Assembly: GCA_976226885.1 (NCBI GenBank)
Contig: OZ320316.1
Location: 92,442,001-92,506,000, forward strand
Direction of reading: 5' to 3'
Length of the DNA stretch: 64,000 nt
Origin: Iphione sp. A-MEVVRFRX5
Lineage: Eukaryota
Shown piece by piece: positions 10,401 to 25,400 of this stretch. A program made the position numbers and the translations under genes. Below the pieces are notes generated by a model. That model saw nothing but the letters and a program-made list of their open reading frames with translations, made no database searches and was not told the origin of the DNA. Every line of letters begins with the position of its first letter. The first letter of the stretch is position 1.

Positions 10401-13400
10401 CACCTCACATCAAGATGACTGAAAGTAAAGCAGATGTTGCACTGGAAGGTAAGGAAGTACAAGTACAAGGAAGAAAGCAAGTGACACCTGGTGTTATCAG
10501 TGCTAAAGATGCTGCAGAGAAGGACGAAGATGATGCATCCGTTGTCAGGGTGACATCACCAGCTGGTCACATGAGCAATGAGTATGAAAGTAATGACGGC
10601 ATTGAAGAACAGATATTTATGGGAACAGCCGAGGTAGAAAGAATTGAAGATTCTGAAGACGCGGTTAGTTTGATGAGAGACAGCACTCCTTTGATTGATG
10701 GGCGGTCACATGGGTCAGTAGACGAAGGGCAGCTTGTGGCTGGTCATGATAAAGAAAGGCGGGATAGGCACGAAGAAAATGATAAGGAAGGAATACAAGA
10801 GGAAGGGACGCCACGCGCGGGCGATGAATGGCAAGAAGGCTACCAAGAAGGTAAAGGCATGGAGGGACGGGGGATGAAAGAATGTAGCGAGCTGGTACCA
10901 AGTAGTGCTGATGGGCTGAAGGCGCAACCCGAGGAAGCAATGAGCATGACAGGTTGGGACAAGTTCTCACCGAGTACTCCCCCTCCCACCTCGGCTAACA
11001 CCACCGCACCGATCACTGCCGCTCCTACCGTCACCTCAGTTGGGCAGATCGGCGCCCAGGCCGTCACACTCCACAGCGAACAGGCACAAGAGACCCAGGA
11101 AATTGTTGGCTTTGGCTTATCTGAAGAGCAGCACCTGTTTGCACCACTAGCACCACCGGCACCACCGAAGTCAGGAGTAGCACCACCAACTGACAAAGGG
11201 AAAGAAGAGGCACCTGTGGAGGCACAGTTGAAAGCACACTCACCCCCGCTGACATCTACGTTGAAAGCGCAAGACTTGAAGAGCGACGAAGGCTCGAGTA
11301 CCACCACCAGCACCACCAGCACCACGACCGCATGCCCACCGCACGAGCCAGCGTTTGGCAGTAGTAGCATTGAGGGAATTGGCGCACTGCCAGTGACCGG
11401 AGCGGTCGGGCGGGTGGGGGTCGAGAAAGGCGGGCAGGAGAGCGGGAGTAGCGGACCGCCGAGGCCGGCGGGACCTGCCGGGACATGCAGCCTCGGGGCC
11501 CCGGACCGCCCTCCGCGGGCACCGCCCGCCCCCGGGAGCGAAGAGGGCGACGGCGGCGGTGACGGCGGAGCCCTTCAAGCAGGCAGCCCGTGGAGCGACC
11601 GACCACAACCCATAACAGCATTACCTTCCTGCACCACCCAAGGAATCGGCGCGGCGACAGGAGGGTTCCCTCCTGGTGTTGGTGCTCAGGAGGAGGAAGG
11701 ACGACAATCTGAGAACATTCCTCCAAGGTCTAAGCTGCTTACTGGGTCATTGCAAGGAGAAGAGGTCAAGGCGGAATCTCCCGTCGGCCAACTGGGGTTA
11801 AACCAACCGCACCCAGCATTACCACTAAACCAGCTACAACAACAGCAGCAAATATCACCCATTGAGGAGAAAAGGCCGTTCACTGGGGTTCTGACCATTC
11901 AGGCGGAACAGTGCCCGGTTCATACCAGCTCAGTCGAGACGGTAGTGGTAGAAGGGGCAGAAGGAGGCAAAGAAACACCAGGGGTGAGTACTGGCAGGGA
12001 AACAGCAGAAGTCACGCCAAACCTACAACAGGGCGAACCAGTCCCAGTCAAACGGGTGCCAGCTTATGCTGGTATAAGCGGAGGGATAATCGCAACAGCA
12101 GACGGGAATTCCGTACTAAGGGCGGATTTGGTGGATCTCACGAGCGAACCCCTTGGCGTAGAGGATATAAGCAGTGGCAGTTCGCCCAGGGAGATCAAGG
12201 GGCGTGAAGGCACAGTGCCGCAAGGAGAGGTAACAGTACCAAGATACCACATCGAAGACGCAACTGAAGATAGAAGTAAGGAGGGCTGGTGGGAAGTTGA
12301 AGACATTAGTCAAGACGGGGTCAACAGAAGAGAAGACAAGGATAGACAAGGAAAAGTGAGTGAGAGAATCACAGAGACACCAGAAGGGCAGCTGATAAGG
12401 AAGGAACCAGGACAAGCTGAAAAGGTCATAACAGAAGTAGTAGGAAGGGGGTACATCTTAGAAGGGAGTGATAGGAGCTTTGACGCCAGTGCAGAGCCGG
12501 TAATATCATATCCATCTCAGACCACAGATCGATCTGGTCCAGCCGAACATCAGCAAGACTTGTTCAGGAAAGAGGAACGACCGGACAGTGGACCGGAACA
12601 GGGAGAACACGTCGAAGCGAGGACTCAATGGGATGCCAGTATATTGAAGGTTCAGCCGTCGAGTGAAGTTGCAAGCTCATTAGCACCAGTCACAGCTGAA
12701 GTAAGATCGTCAGAAGATGACAGTGAAAGCTGTGACACACAAGATTATGGAGACGACGCTGGACGAGCAGATCAGGTCGCGGAGAGTGGGACGGCGCTAG
12801 AGCCAACCATCAAAGCTCAAGCAGTCACCACTGGGGAAAGTCCAGCTCAGGTGGAAATTACAGAAGAAACTGTTTGTGATACTCTACCAGATCCACAGAG
12901 ATCCACAGCGAGAACACCTGGTAGTTATAGAGCCCAGGGAAGCAGCACTGAAGAAACACCCATACTGTCTGCTACTCATCCGTCCGTTGTATTTGAGCAG
13001 CAGCAGCCAACAGGCCATCTGCGCGCAGATGTCACAGAGGGACCACTCATTCAGGCACCCGTCACGATCTCTGGTGTAGAAAGTCATCAGCTCGACGCTA
13101 CCGGAAGCCATCTAACTCCAGGCGCTCCTGCGTCGCACCAAACCGACGAGAAGGGGCGACCATCGGTGTGTGCGTCTGAGGGATACAAGGTTAGCGAGAC
13201 ATTGGTCGAAGATGGTCATCTCCCAGGACCGATTCAATCTGTGATCTGTCCTGTGCATAGCCATTCAGTGGAGATAGAAGAGCGGAACGAGGATACAGTA
13301 GAGTCTGGTGATAAGGAGCTGATAACACATACCGCCAGAGAGGAGATAACAGAGACAACCCAGAGCGACACAAACCAACGTGAACATCTGGTGCGTGAGG

Positions 13401-16400
13401 TGGTAAGGGTGCAGAGAGACACCCTGAAGACGGAAAGGCTGAGCAGGGACGGTCCAACGAAAGGTGACAACAAAGAGAGCCAGGGGGATCCGTGGTCAGA
13501 CACGCAGAATACAGCTGTCTTTACTGAAGGTGAGACTGACACAGGCCCAGTGTGTTTGGCTAGAGGCACTGGTGAAAGTGTGATCACAGGACTACCAGAC
13601 GTCGGTGATACCGCCGATAAAAACGATAAAGCGGTGGGCAGTGGTGATAAGTATACGCGGGATAAATATACCATCTCTGCTGAAGGGTTAAGAGGTGAAC
13701 ACCGCGACATCAGGACAGCAGTCGATGCACAATCGCTCCCGGCGAATGCGCAAGAGGCAGGCGGGCGACCGCAGCGTGACATCGACGATAGCGACGGCGC
13801 TGTCGGGACTGAAGATCAGGTGAGCGACGCAGAGCTTGAGCGGGTGAGGCCGTTTGACACACCTGATGCAGTAGTTAAGCACAAAGACGATCGGCTACCG
13901 CAGGACTGGGCTGTCGCCACTGATACCCACTACAGTAAAGAGCAACTCACAGGACAAGCAGCTGAGGGAGAAGCTCGCATTGGCGATCTTGAATCATCAA
14001 CGGAAACTGCTGCATCGATAGAAACCCTACGACCAGGCGGCAACACCTTCAGAAACGACCAGGAAGATATTCACATTCCAGCCGCTGAACGTCAACTCTC
14101 AGGGAAGCCCTCAGAAGAAATCGGCCTATCATCTAAGCCAACAGACAAAGGCATTGGCGAGGCTCACGAGACAGGACCATCGTCTCAGGCATCGGGCGTT
14201 GAATTCCAACATGGTGAAATTAGGACAAGGGTTCATGATGGGGCTGTAAGACCTCAAGAGGCTGAGGTGGATTTGCGCGATGTCTCTGGGGATCACGGGC
14301 GCCTAGTCACACTAGGGGGCGCTGCCCTCTCGGCGGGCGATGACGTCACAGAATTATTGCCGCGTGCAGAGCGATTCGACGCAGGTGCAGGTCTGATACT
14401 CGATAGCAAAGATGAGTCAGCAGATCTTACTTCAGCTGCGCAGCAACTGCTTCAGGATGGAATGCAAATTGGAGCAGAGCTGTCCACTGAAGAAGAAAAG
14501 CAACGGATGAGCAGAACTGAGCCAGAAGTAAGAGACACGGCAGTGACTCCACTTGAGTATGATTTATCAACTAAGATGGGCCAGAAAGTATCGAGTGAGC
14601 AAGTGATCCATGACGAGAGTGGTCAGGTGAGCGGGAAGAGAACTGAAGAAGAAGGGACCGTTGTCATCCAGGATGGACACGGTCCGAGTATCACGGACAC
14701 TGAAGAAATCCTCCCAGCAGGCGCAACATCCGCCAGATCTCTAGGAGACACTCAGAGGGATGCACATCAACCTTCATCCGTAGTAGCTACAGACGCTACG
14801 AAGGACGCTCATACCACATCAGCGTCTATTGTGACTGAAGGAACATTTGATGAAAAGCAGACGACTTTAGTGTCAGAGGATGAAACATCGAGAAATTTGT
14901 TTGGAGCTGAAGCGGGTCCCGGGGTCGATGAAGAGGAAATGGGAGACGAGCTGCCAACAGTGCTAGTCACGACCCCTGGTGGCAGCCTCAGACGGGCTGT
15001 CTGGCCTGGAGATGCTGCTAGAGAAACTACACTGAGCGATGTCAGTGTTCCCTGCTCTGAGGGCGCTTCTTTAGAGATAGACGTGACGAGGGCTGTTACC
15101 ATCGATGGGGAGATAGAGAGTACGGTGAGAGATGAAAGAGATGATAGTACAACTGGTGGAATGACAGCAGTAAAGACCGAGGATGGTGTGACGATTCCAC
15201 AAATCGATGAGAATGATGGCAAGTCAGAGACAGAGGGTCAAACAACAAAGTATCAGGTCTTGGAGAAGGAAGGGCATGCCTTGCCCAGCACCACAGGTGA
15301 AGAGAATCAATTAGGGGATGCTGCTAAGTCACACAGCGAACCATCAATGAGCAGGCAGAGTGGTGAGCGAAAGAAGATGACAGCCAGAGAGGACCAGCCT
15401 GTTGCAGAGTCGCCGAGGTACACCAGTATCACAGTCCCAGCAACACCGAGTGACAGCATCAGTCTGAGCAGTGAAGCAACAGAGGCAGGTTACGTACAAC
15501 GACCAGCCCCCGGTGGAGAAAGAGTTACAAGACCCAGTAAGGAGACCCCTGAAGCGATGAACATCATCACAGCTGAGACATCAGAATTAGGAGAAGATCA
15601 AAAACTGGTGATGAAACACCCAGCAGTGTCGATGGCGGAACAAGCAGATCAGTCCCATGGCAGTAGAAAGCATCCGGCTGATGAAGTTTCAAGCAGTTAT
15701 CCGTCCCAGGCGAGTGAAAGGCGAGCACAACAGCAGGGTGACGTTGACAGGATGCAACCAAGATCAGCTGAAGAATTGTCGCCGGAGGAGAGTGATTGGA
15801 AGGTCGACTTAGTAACAGCAATTGTGAGTGACCAGAGACAAACTGATAGGCAAAGTTCATCAGCATCAGACAGTGTGGAGAGGGTTAGCCGAACGGTTGA
15901 TAAGACCCAGGAACCAACAAACAGCGGATCAGCAGATGCTGCGAGCGTGACAAAAGGAGGAAGTTCAACAGCTGTATCGAGGTCCGATGGATTACCATCA
16001 GATGTTGAAGAAAAACAAACATCGAAAAATCTGGAGACATCCGAAGTGGAATACCCAGATGAAGTTGCTGACCAGGCACTACGAGAAAGGGAACCCAACA
16101 TGAGTGTTGCTAACGAGTCTGCAAGTCTGAGCAGCTCGGAACAACCGGCATCTCTTGGTGAGCAGGAGCAAGAGGAAGATAATGAAAGTCTCAGCATAAA
16201 TGTCGATGAGGAAACAACTACGATGGAACAGAGCCATGCAGAAACCATGGACACCCCACTTGGGCTGCGACAGTCCAACCTGTCCCGCCTAATGGAAGAT
16301 GGTCAGAGTCCATCGACGTCCTTTGATAACGTCCTGAGCAGCACACCAAGGGATTCCTTCCTGCCAAGATCAAGTACAGATAGTCCCAGCATCGCCCAAG

Positions 16401-19400
16401 GTCTTGCAACGGCCGCTGTAGCCTCACCTCGAGGTGGGCGGTCGAGAACAACATCGCAGACTGAGTTCACGTCGCTGGACACAGAGGCCAGTCTGGATGA
16501 GGGGTATGCCACGTTGCAGTTGTCTGCAGCTATTGTAGAGCATAACGACACCTTAGAGAGCATGGACGATCTGCAGCCTGAGTCACTCAATGAAAACTAC
16601 GGAGATGAGCGGCAGCAAGGAGTGGATCCGAGCACACCATCTGTACCTAGCAGGGAACAGCAAGGAATAAGTACAGCCATGGTCGGTTCAACTGCACAGG
16701 ATGCGAATGAAAGAGAACTAAGTACAGCAGCTGATATGAGATTAGCCGAGGAACCTGCCAGTAGCACTGCTGAAGAAGGCGTAAGTTGTATGGTAGAACC
16801 TTCCGGCAGAATTGCTGAAACCGAAAGTGAAACACCTAAGCACACAGAAACTACAGAGGGGTTAAGTGATGTCACTACCGAGCAGCCTGCAGACAGAAGC
16901 GATCAGTCGAGTTACCAACATACAAAGTCACAAACTGCCGCCCAAGATCCCAGCAGCAGAGAAAGAGAGCGCCAGGGACAACCCATCCACCATCAGCCCA
17001 CAACAAAAGAAATGGAAACAAATGTCATGAAAGCAGAAGAGCAATACCTTGCTTCAGCACAACCTGTTGAGACTGGTGAGGCTGGAGAGGACGAAGGAGC
17101 ACATCTAGAAGAACTACACGGAGCCTCACCATCGGCAGCCATTGCAGCCCAAAGAACCGAAATATCACAGTCGAGCCTGAACGTCACACCGACACCTGAT
17201 TCCAACGCCAGTGTACAGGTGGCTGGAAGTACAATTGCAGAGGACATCTTCGTCCCCGCACAGCAGGGGACCATCGATCACGAAACACCAGGAGCTGCGT
17301 CTGTGCTAACACACCGTGACACTGATATCAACGTGTTGAACATCCCAACTGAGGTGGGAACAACAGAAGAACAACATGAAGAAGACCCTGGTATTTTCAG
17401 GCTGGTGCACTTCAAGGCTCCAGATACCAGGTCGTCTAGGAGGTACCAAATTTCATCCAGGCCCGACCTGGTTCTGTCAGACCTGACGTCAATGTCAGCA
17501 GACGACTTTGAACGCCTCGTCGGGGATGTTCCTGATAGCGGCTACATCGCTGTTGGGATAACATCGGATCTGAGTGAGCCACAAGTAAGTATCTCCAGTC
17601 CGAAGATACCTAATGCAGACGAAGACAGCACTGGAGCTGCTCTCCAAGGAAGCGATCGGGAAACGGAACCGCCAGAGGACTCTGCCACAAATAAGGAAAT
17701 AGATATTGATGGACTCGACATAACAACTGGAGAACAACCACCCACTACATCACTGTATGCTGATGGTCTCAATGATCCAGAGATGACCATAAACACAGCA
17801 GAGACCATTACGGAGGATGAAACAGTCTATGATGGGAGCCAAGCTGTGGCTGCTGAAGAGGGACCACAGCCCGCAGAAGATGAGATCATCAAGGCTGAAG
17901 GTGCTACAGTTCTAAATGCAGAGGTTAGAACACAGTATGGAGAAGGAAGTATCGGTCACACTGATAGTCAACAGCTAGATGGGAATATTGCATCCTTGGT
18001 CCCTCCGTCATCAGCATCACCATCATTCAATGCCGGATACCCTCCACCACCCTTGATTCACACTGACAGCAGTGTATCCCTGCGTGTTCATGTGGGTGAT
18101 GGCATTGAAGACTTGACAGAAGAGGAACTGCAACTACTTGTCAGTGAGAACATCGTGGACGGCTCGGAGAATGAGAGTGTTACTACAGTTGATGGCATTA
18201 TAATGGAAACAACTACCAGTGTGGATGGCCTATCGGTCTCCCTGAGAGATACTGTGGCCCAGGACAGGTCAGATAGGGAAGAGTCGACAACGCTCCCCGA
18301 GCCAAGAATTGGGGAAGAGACAGGAACACCACTGAAAAACCGACGATCTGCTGATGCCAATTCGGACCGTACTGATAGGAAGAACGTTGAAAATGGTCAG
18401 TATGGATCCGTTGACTCTCTCACTACTAAAGGTGATGCTATTGCCGAGCCCAGCAGCAGAGTTAAAGCTGGTGGAGAGGTGTCAGGTCAAGATAAGTCTT
18501 TAACTGCTGATAGCAGTAGAGATACAAGGAAAGAAGATTCACATGGTAGATATGAACCACCAGTGGGAAGCCTTAGCGACGGCGATGTTATGGGTAGGGC
18601 TCAAGGAAGAAAAGATGCAGCTGACGGAAGACCACCCACAACCACAAGGGAAGAGAGTGCAGCAAGGCCTGAGGGTGATGATGGTGTTGATCGTGAGGAA
18701 GAGAGGGTGGTGGAAGATGAAGAAGCCATCAGACGTATGATCTCAGAACTGAACAATGCAAGAAGCGAGATACAAGGAGAGAGGCCTACTAACACGTCTG
18801 ATGTAGGTAAACCTCGGTCTGCTCTGTCACCCACACAAACCAGTGAAGCGAGCTCTCAAGCAGACAGGAGCATGCATGATCAAGGCTCTCAGCAGACAAC
18901 AGCTGAGGTAGCTAGTAGCCAGGTTGAAGTGGACAATATGGATAAACATCTCAAGAAGTTCTTGACTCAACATCAGAAGAGGTTGGAGGAGGTGACTGGG
19001 CGACCAGGAGGACCTGGCGTTATAATAGGCCATAGTGACGGTGTGGGGACAGAAGCGGCAGGTGAAAGGATCAGAAGCAAGAAGGACGTAGCAAGTGATG
19101 CTGAGGAAGATGACGAATGGTCCGACAGTTGGACTGAAGAACAACGTATCCAATATGAATGTATAGAGGAGGTGAACCTACCAAGAAAGAAGGGAAACAC
19201 AGAGAATAATGCCACCAGTGTCACTGACGGCAAAGCAGAGGAATCCGAAGAAGCTGAACAGTTGTCATTGTCACCAAGAGAGAAGGTAGAGCGTGCAATG
19301 GCTGACTATGCATTCCGTAGGGGCAGTCCAGAAGGTTTCCGTCTGCGTGAGTTATCCAAATCTGAGGAGGAAGCTGTTATTGCTGCTTTATCAGATGGCG

Positions 19401-22400
19401 ATGAGTCACCCTCCCCTGATTCAAAAGCAAAGCCAGCAACATCGCTGAGTGGTGGTAGTTCTCTAGACAACCTGACTGAGGGCGCCACTGCCAAGGAGAA
19501 GACTGAAGACCAGACAGAACAACAGCTGGAGAATGAGGAAGGATCACAGACAGTCATTGTGGACCGGGCCAGACATCGGGCAAAGCGACTGAAGCCAGTA
19601 AATTTTGTCGACACCAAGATCTGTACGTTTGATGTTCCAACGTATGACGTACCACCAAATAATGCACCTGAAGATACCAACCTCCTGCAGCAGGTCATCC
19701 TTGAGCAGCGGACAGTGATGGACTTCGATGTTCATGAATCGGCCTCTACATGTCAGCATGAAATGCAGGTGTTTGGAGTGCAGCCCACACCACCGAGGCC
19801 AGTGCTCCCCGAGCCGTATCTGCCTGAGAAGGTAGCTGAGGAAGAGTGCATTCATCCGTGGCAGAAAGATCTTTGCCATTCGGGTCTGAACATTGAGATT
19901 AAGCCATACACGGATCGCAGGAAGGCACGTAGGAAAGCACGAGAAAAGAAGTGGCAAGAAGAGGAGGAAGAGAGGCGTCGAAAGAGAGATGAAGATAAGG
20001 ACAAAGATGGGTCTGGATCTGGATCTGGGTCAGGGGCAAGTGGCAATGCAGATGGGCAGTCAGGCGGAGAAAGCGATTCCAGTTCTGGAGGAGAAGGTGG
20101 TTCCAATGAAAAAGATTCTGGCAGCAGTGATGAACCATCTGGAGGCAGGGCCGGTGAGAGTCCAACTGAAGGCACACAGTCATGTCACGATCCACAGCAA
20201 AGGGACGACATCAGGCCTGATAGGACTGCCAGGAAGCTGTCCTTTGCAGATGCCGTGGATGCTGGAGCTGACCAGCCACTCCGCATAGAAGACCTCATGC
20301 TTGGGCCAGAAGATACGATCTCCACAGAAGATAGGCCCTTGTCCATTGAAGATCTCAGACAATCCCGCCACCTGAGCCCAGGAGTTCCCAAAGTGCGCCG
20401 TGACAGTGAGGCAGATTCAGTTGCCACTGATGACTTGCTTGAAGAAGCAGAAGAAGCCATCGGGAGGGCCGATACACCTGTAGGCAGCCGTCGTCATCAG
20501 CAGCAAGGCAAGGATCAACAGAGCAGGCTGCCTGAGGCGGAACGGTCGCTGTCCATGTCCGACCTGGAGACGATGGCTGAGAGTGTCGGCGAGGGAGACT
20601 GGTTAGAAGGCCGGTCTGTGTCAGCTGAGTGCTTTACTATGTCAGATGCGGCCGAGGTAGACGAACTTGGGACACGAACCATGTCCAATGACAGCATCAC
20701 CTTTGTCTTTATGACACGGCCCCACAGCCTCGAAGGCCTCCTCGATGAACGACAGCAGCAGCAGGCGAGGGAATATCAACGCAGCTTGTCCGAACCTGCA
20801 GAAGGAAAGGAAGAAGAGCAACAGGATGAGGTTGACTTACACAGTACTGAGGTGGAAGATATCCAACCATGTAGAGCACGGGATGATAGGCACAGGGAAA
20901 AAGCAGCTTCTGAAGAGATCCTAACAACAACAGCCATGTTGACCCCGCCCTGTGTGAAGGCATACTCTCTTGATGGAACTGGTCCAGAAATAGCCATACC
21001 AACAAGCTTAGCTCAGCACTCCGGCCCCAGAGTCAACAACATGCAATCCCACAGCACGGTGGACTCCATCTTTGGTGTTGCCTCACTCGGCTCAGACAGT
21101 GTGTTTGAAGACAGCAGCACCACGTCAATCACCACACCCTACTCCTCTGAGCTAGAAACGTCTAGTTATGTTTCCCCGCTGTCATCCTCGCAGACGTTGT
21201 CAGTCCGCTCCGAGCCACAGATGAGAGGTCGAGTGGTATCGCCCATCCAGGAGCAGGAAGAGGATAGCCGAGTAACGGACCTGAGTCAGAGTGCCCGCGA
21301 GGCCAGTTCTCAGCGGGGACGCCAGAGGGCAGGCAGGCACAGACAGCGGACTCGTTCCCGTAGTCTCAGCCCCAACTCACTGTCCGACATCAGCCTGCGA
21401 CTGGCGGAATCGCTGAGTGGAGCGATACGTGTGAAGTTCCAAGCTATTGAGGGCAGCACACAGACAGGAGGCTCTCTCGAAGACTTGTCACGAATCGGTG
21501 CTGAAGGTCGTGAAAGATCACCATTGAGAAGCAAGGCGGAGACTTGGGCTCCAGGAGAACATCCGAAGATCAAAGAGACCGCAGGTGATGAGGATCGGCC
21601 GAAAAGGTCTCAATCGCAGCCGCCCACCCAGTTGAACAACCTGCTGCAGAAAGCTTTGGCAACCGTGAAGAAGGCTATGGAAAGTACTGAGGTCGAAGAT
21701 GGAGAAGCCGTCAGCCATACAAGTAGCAGAGAAACATCTTTAGTCAGGATAGCAGGTGTCACTCAGGTGCCCCCCTCTCAGAGGCATGCTAATCTATCCC
21801 CACGACACGTTCCTGGCCAGAGTCGATCATCTATTATCGGGCCCATTCCGAACCAACTGGAGAGGGTGTCCATTGGCTGTTCTGTGGGAGGTCTGCGACC
21901 CCAATCAGGCAGAGAAGACCATTTCACAGCTGAAGGAGCGACGATGAACCCATCAAGACCAGGCAGGTTCCGAGATGCTGGAGTTGACACGAGTGATGGT
22001 ACAGGTAGTTCTGGTTCATTCTCCGACATGGGTATGGTGCAGGTGAACATTCCAGCAGGAATAGACAGAAATAATCTCACATATTCCCAGATGCAGCGAA
22101 CAGATCCGATTCCAGGGGTGACCCATGACAGTCGGCTTAACACCCGAGGGCCTATGATGCCGTGGCAAACGATGAGCTCAGCAGAAATGATTTGTGCATA
22201 CGGTTATACATCTTACGGGATGCATCAGCGGTCGATTGAAACCCAGACCTACCCTGAGCAAAGAGTCATCGAGACGCAGACACAAGAAGATGTACGGACT
22301 ATTGAGACCCAGACAAGCCCTGGCATCGAAAGATGGGCTGAAATAGAAATTACGGAGAAAGATCTGAGTTTCAGCCAGCCGATGTCAACACAGACAGGAG

Positions 22401-25400
22401 AAGCAGTCCGCACTGTGGATACGGGTGTTAACCCAAGTCCCCCGCCACTGTCGAAAAGTCCGGAGCACAAGTTTACCTTCACACCAAGTGGAGACTTTCT
22501 GCATCATTCTGTACCACCATCTGTTGCTGACTTAGAAAAACAAATCCTGCCAAAAAGCCAAGAAAGCACTGCAGAAGACGACGAAGAGATACGGCCAAAG
22601 AATCCCACACCATCGCAGGTCCTCAGAGAGCGTGAAAGATCAGTTCTCGTTCAACCCAGCCATAGTTCACCAAAGGTCATAGCACGGTCGACGCCAGTTA
22701 AATCAGTACGAGAAGATTACATAGAGAATGAGGAGAGGGTCCCAGTGGAGGAGCTTCCACCTCTGAACCTTGAGGACCTCCTTGATGCTGAAGTGATAGA
22801 TGACCAGCTCAGCGATATCGATCCTAGTGAGCCAGTAGTTCGATCGCTAGAAGGATTAGAACCGGCGGTGCGAGACCGACAGGCACTTGCGGCAGGCAGC
22901 GTGCACGTTGACAGGCCCCACTACGTCTTCAATGACCCAAGCCTGGATGGACTTAGGAGTGAACACGACAAGCTGGTTGAACTCATGCAGAAGTCCAAAC
23001 GGGAGCGGGAGGCAAGAGCAACCCGGCGCCAGGAGATGATCGCCCGGAGACGCGCTATAGCTGGTGCCGCCATCGCTGAAGCCTCCGGTACAGGAACTCC
23101 AGGCCAGCATGTCCACGATCGTGTCACTGGCACGTACCCTGAAGGTCAGAGGCAGAGGGTGGGCAGTGGCGCTGCCAACGTACACTCATCCATCACAAAT
23201 ACCAGTTCTACCATGGGTTCAACTAACATGGGCATCGCCACCTCTAGAGACAGTAACGTGACCATCAAGACGGATGTCCATGGCGGATATGACGTCATGA
23301 TCGACGATGATGACGTCACGGACGCCAGGGACATGCAGCGTCTGCTCAGTGGTACAGGGACGCGAGTGGGCAGTGGTTCCGTGTCGGGAGGAGTCACAGC
23401 AGTACTCCCCGAGTTGGAGAGGAGCGCTGGCTCGAGCAGCCTGTCGCCGTCAGCCTCTCTTTCCCGATCAACCAACCTGTCTCACTACGGCGTCGAGTGC
23501 GACAGGTCCGGCGATGAGTCTGGCGACCTGCTGCATAAAACCATCGAGGAGATCAACAGCATTGTGGAGGAGTCCTCTGCGTCGTCATCCGGTGATGAAG
23601 GACATGATAAGCAACCCAAGGTCGCACCGAGGTCGCCCACCTCTGTTACATCGGCAGATACCAACGCGTCCGTCATTGAGAAGGTTGGACGGGATGAACT
23701 GGTGAGCCGGGCGTCGTCCTCGGAGAAGACATCGACCGTGTCGTCGCTGAGGGAGGAGAAGATCAAGGCGGTCATAGCAGAGACAGTACACGAAACACTG
23801 GGAGCGAAACGAGGCGGAGTAAACGCAGAGACAGCCACGGTTAAGGCGGTAGAAGAATCAACATCAGCAGCCACAGAAGAACTTGTTATCGAGCCTACAC
23901 TGGTGGATAGTATGGAAATCGCAACTGTAGAGGAACCCCTTGGGCAAACACCACAGAGGGAGACAGTACCAGATGGTCAACAGACGGTTGCAAAGGTCAG
24001 CACGAAAGCAACTGATAGCAGCACAGACGCGTTTAAGATTACCAGCGATGGACGCCGACTTGTGTTTGTTGGTAAGAGTCAAGCGGTCAGCGGAACCCTA
24101 ACTCAGGAGGCTCAGGTGGTGCCTCTACCGGCACTGGAGATCACGACCTGCAGTGAACAGACCGAGGCGGGAAGGCCTCTTACACCATCGGAAGTCCAAC
24201 AGCAAGATGGCGTTGGAGGTCTGTACGGTGCCACCATCAACATCAACAGCACGCTGGAGCTGAACATCCTCGACTCCCCACGCGGCAGCAACGTCGACGT
24301 GCGAGACGAGGCGGTGGGGACGGACTTTGAAGAGCCCGACTACTCGGATGAGCTGGAGCGACTTAGAAGGGAGCGACAGCGCATCCTGGACATGTTGGCG
24401 AGGGATGTGATGCCGTCGAAGTTGCAGGTGGAACTGGCAGAGGCGCAGTTGAACTACATCATTGGCCAGACCGATACACTCCTCAGTGCCGTTGATGACG
24501 TCTGGGGCGAGTTTGATGCCCAGACACTCGCTGCCATGGGACATCAGCCTGAGAAGCAACTGAATGTCATCAGCGACAGCTACCTGGCCCGTTTCCGCCA
24601 AACTCTGGAAGCGTCAAGGCAGCAGATCGAGGAGCGCATCGTTGCTCTGGAGAAGGAGACTGAGCGCACTCACCGTTCCCGACAGCGGACGAGACACATG
24701 GCGCTCATGCGCAAACGGGCGCAGATCGAAGCTTTCCAGCTCGAGCGAGAGAGGGAGCAGAGCCAGTACGAACGCCTGCGCACCATGCCCAGGTCAAGGT
24801 CAGACAGTCCAGCCTACCGTTCAGTGAATGTCACAGCGAACCAGTCAGTGGCAGGGTCGACGGCGACGCTGAACGAAAGGGGTTCCTACACCATGTTGCC
24901 ATTGACCAAGACAGATTCCTCAGAGAGCTTGAGAGCAACACCTGAAGGGCTTTATGCCAGGTTCCTGACCCCCAAACAACGCAAGGAACACCTTATAGGG
25001 AAGCGTAAGGAGCTGTTACAAAGGGCAGCACACCAAGAAAGCGAACGACCCCGCTCTGTGTCGCCCTCAGCTTCCTCCTTCCAGTCATCGTCACTACTTC
25101 CGCCGACAGGACTCCGCGCGTCGTCACCAGCGCTGTCGACGGCCTCGCTAGACACAGGAAGTGCACGTCACCTGACGAACGCTCAGTCGACGCGAGGATT
25201 CACTCTCTATCCTTCATCAGAGAGCATCACTCTATCCAGTTCTCCATCTTCTTCCCCATCCCGTCACCCGAAGCCGCTGACGACCACCCGCAGCAGCCCA
25301 CGATCATCGACGACCGCGCTGGCGCAACCGGATGTCGCCGCACACAGGGCTAGTAGCGATGACTACGCCTACGACTTCCGGCCAGGTTCACGGCGCGAGC

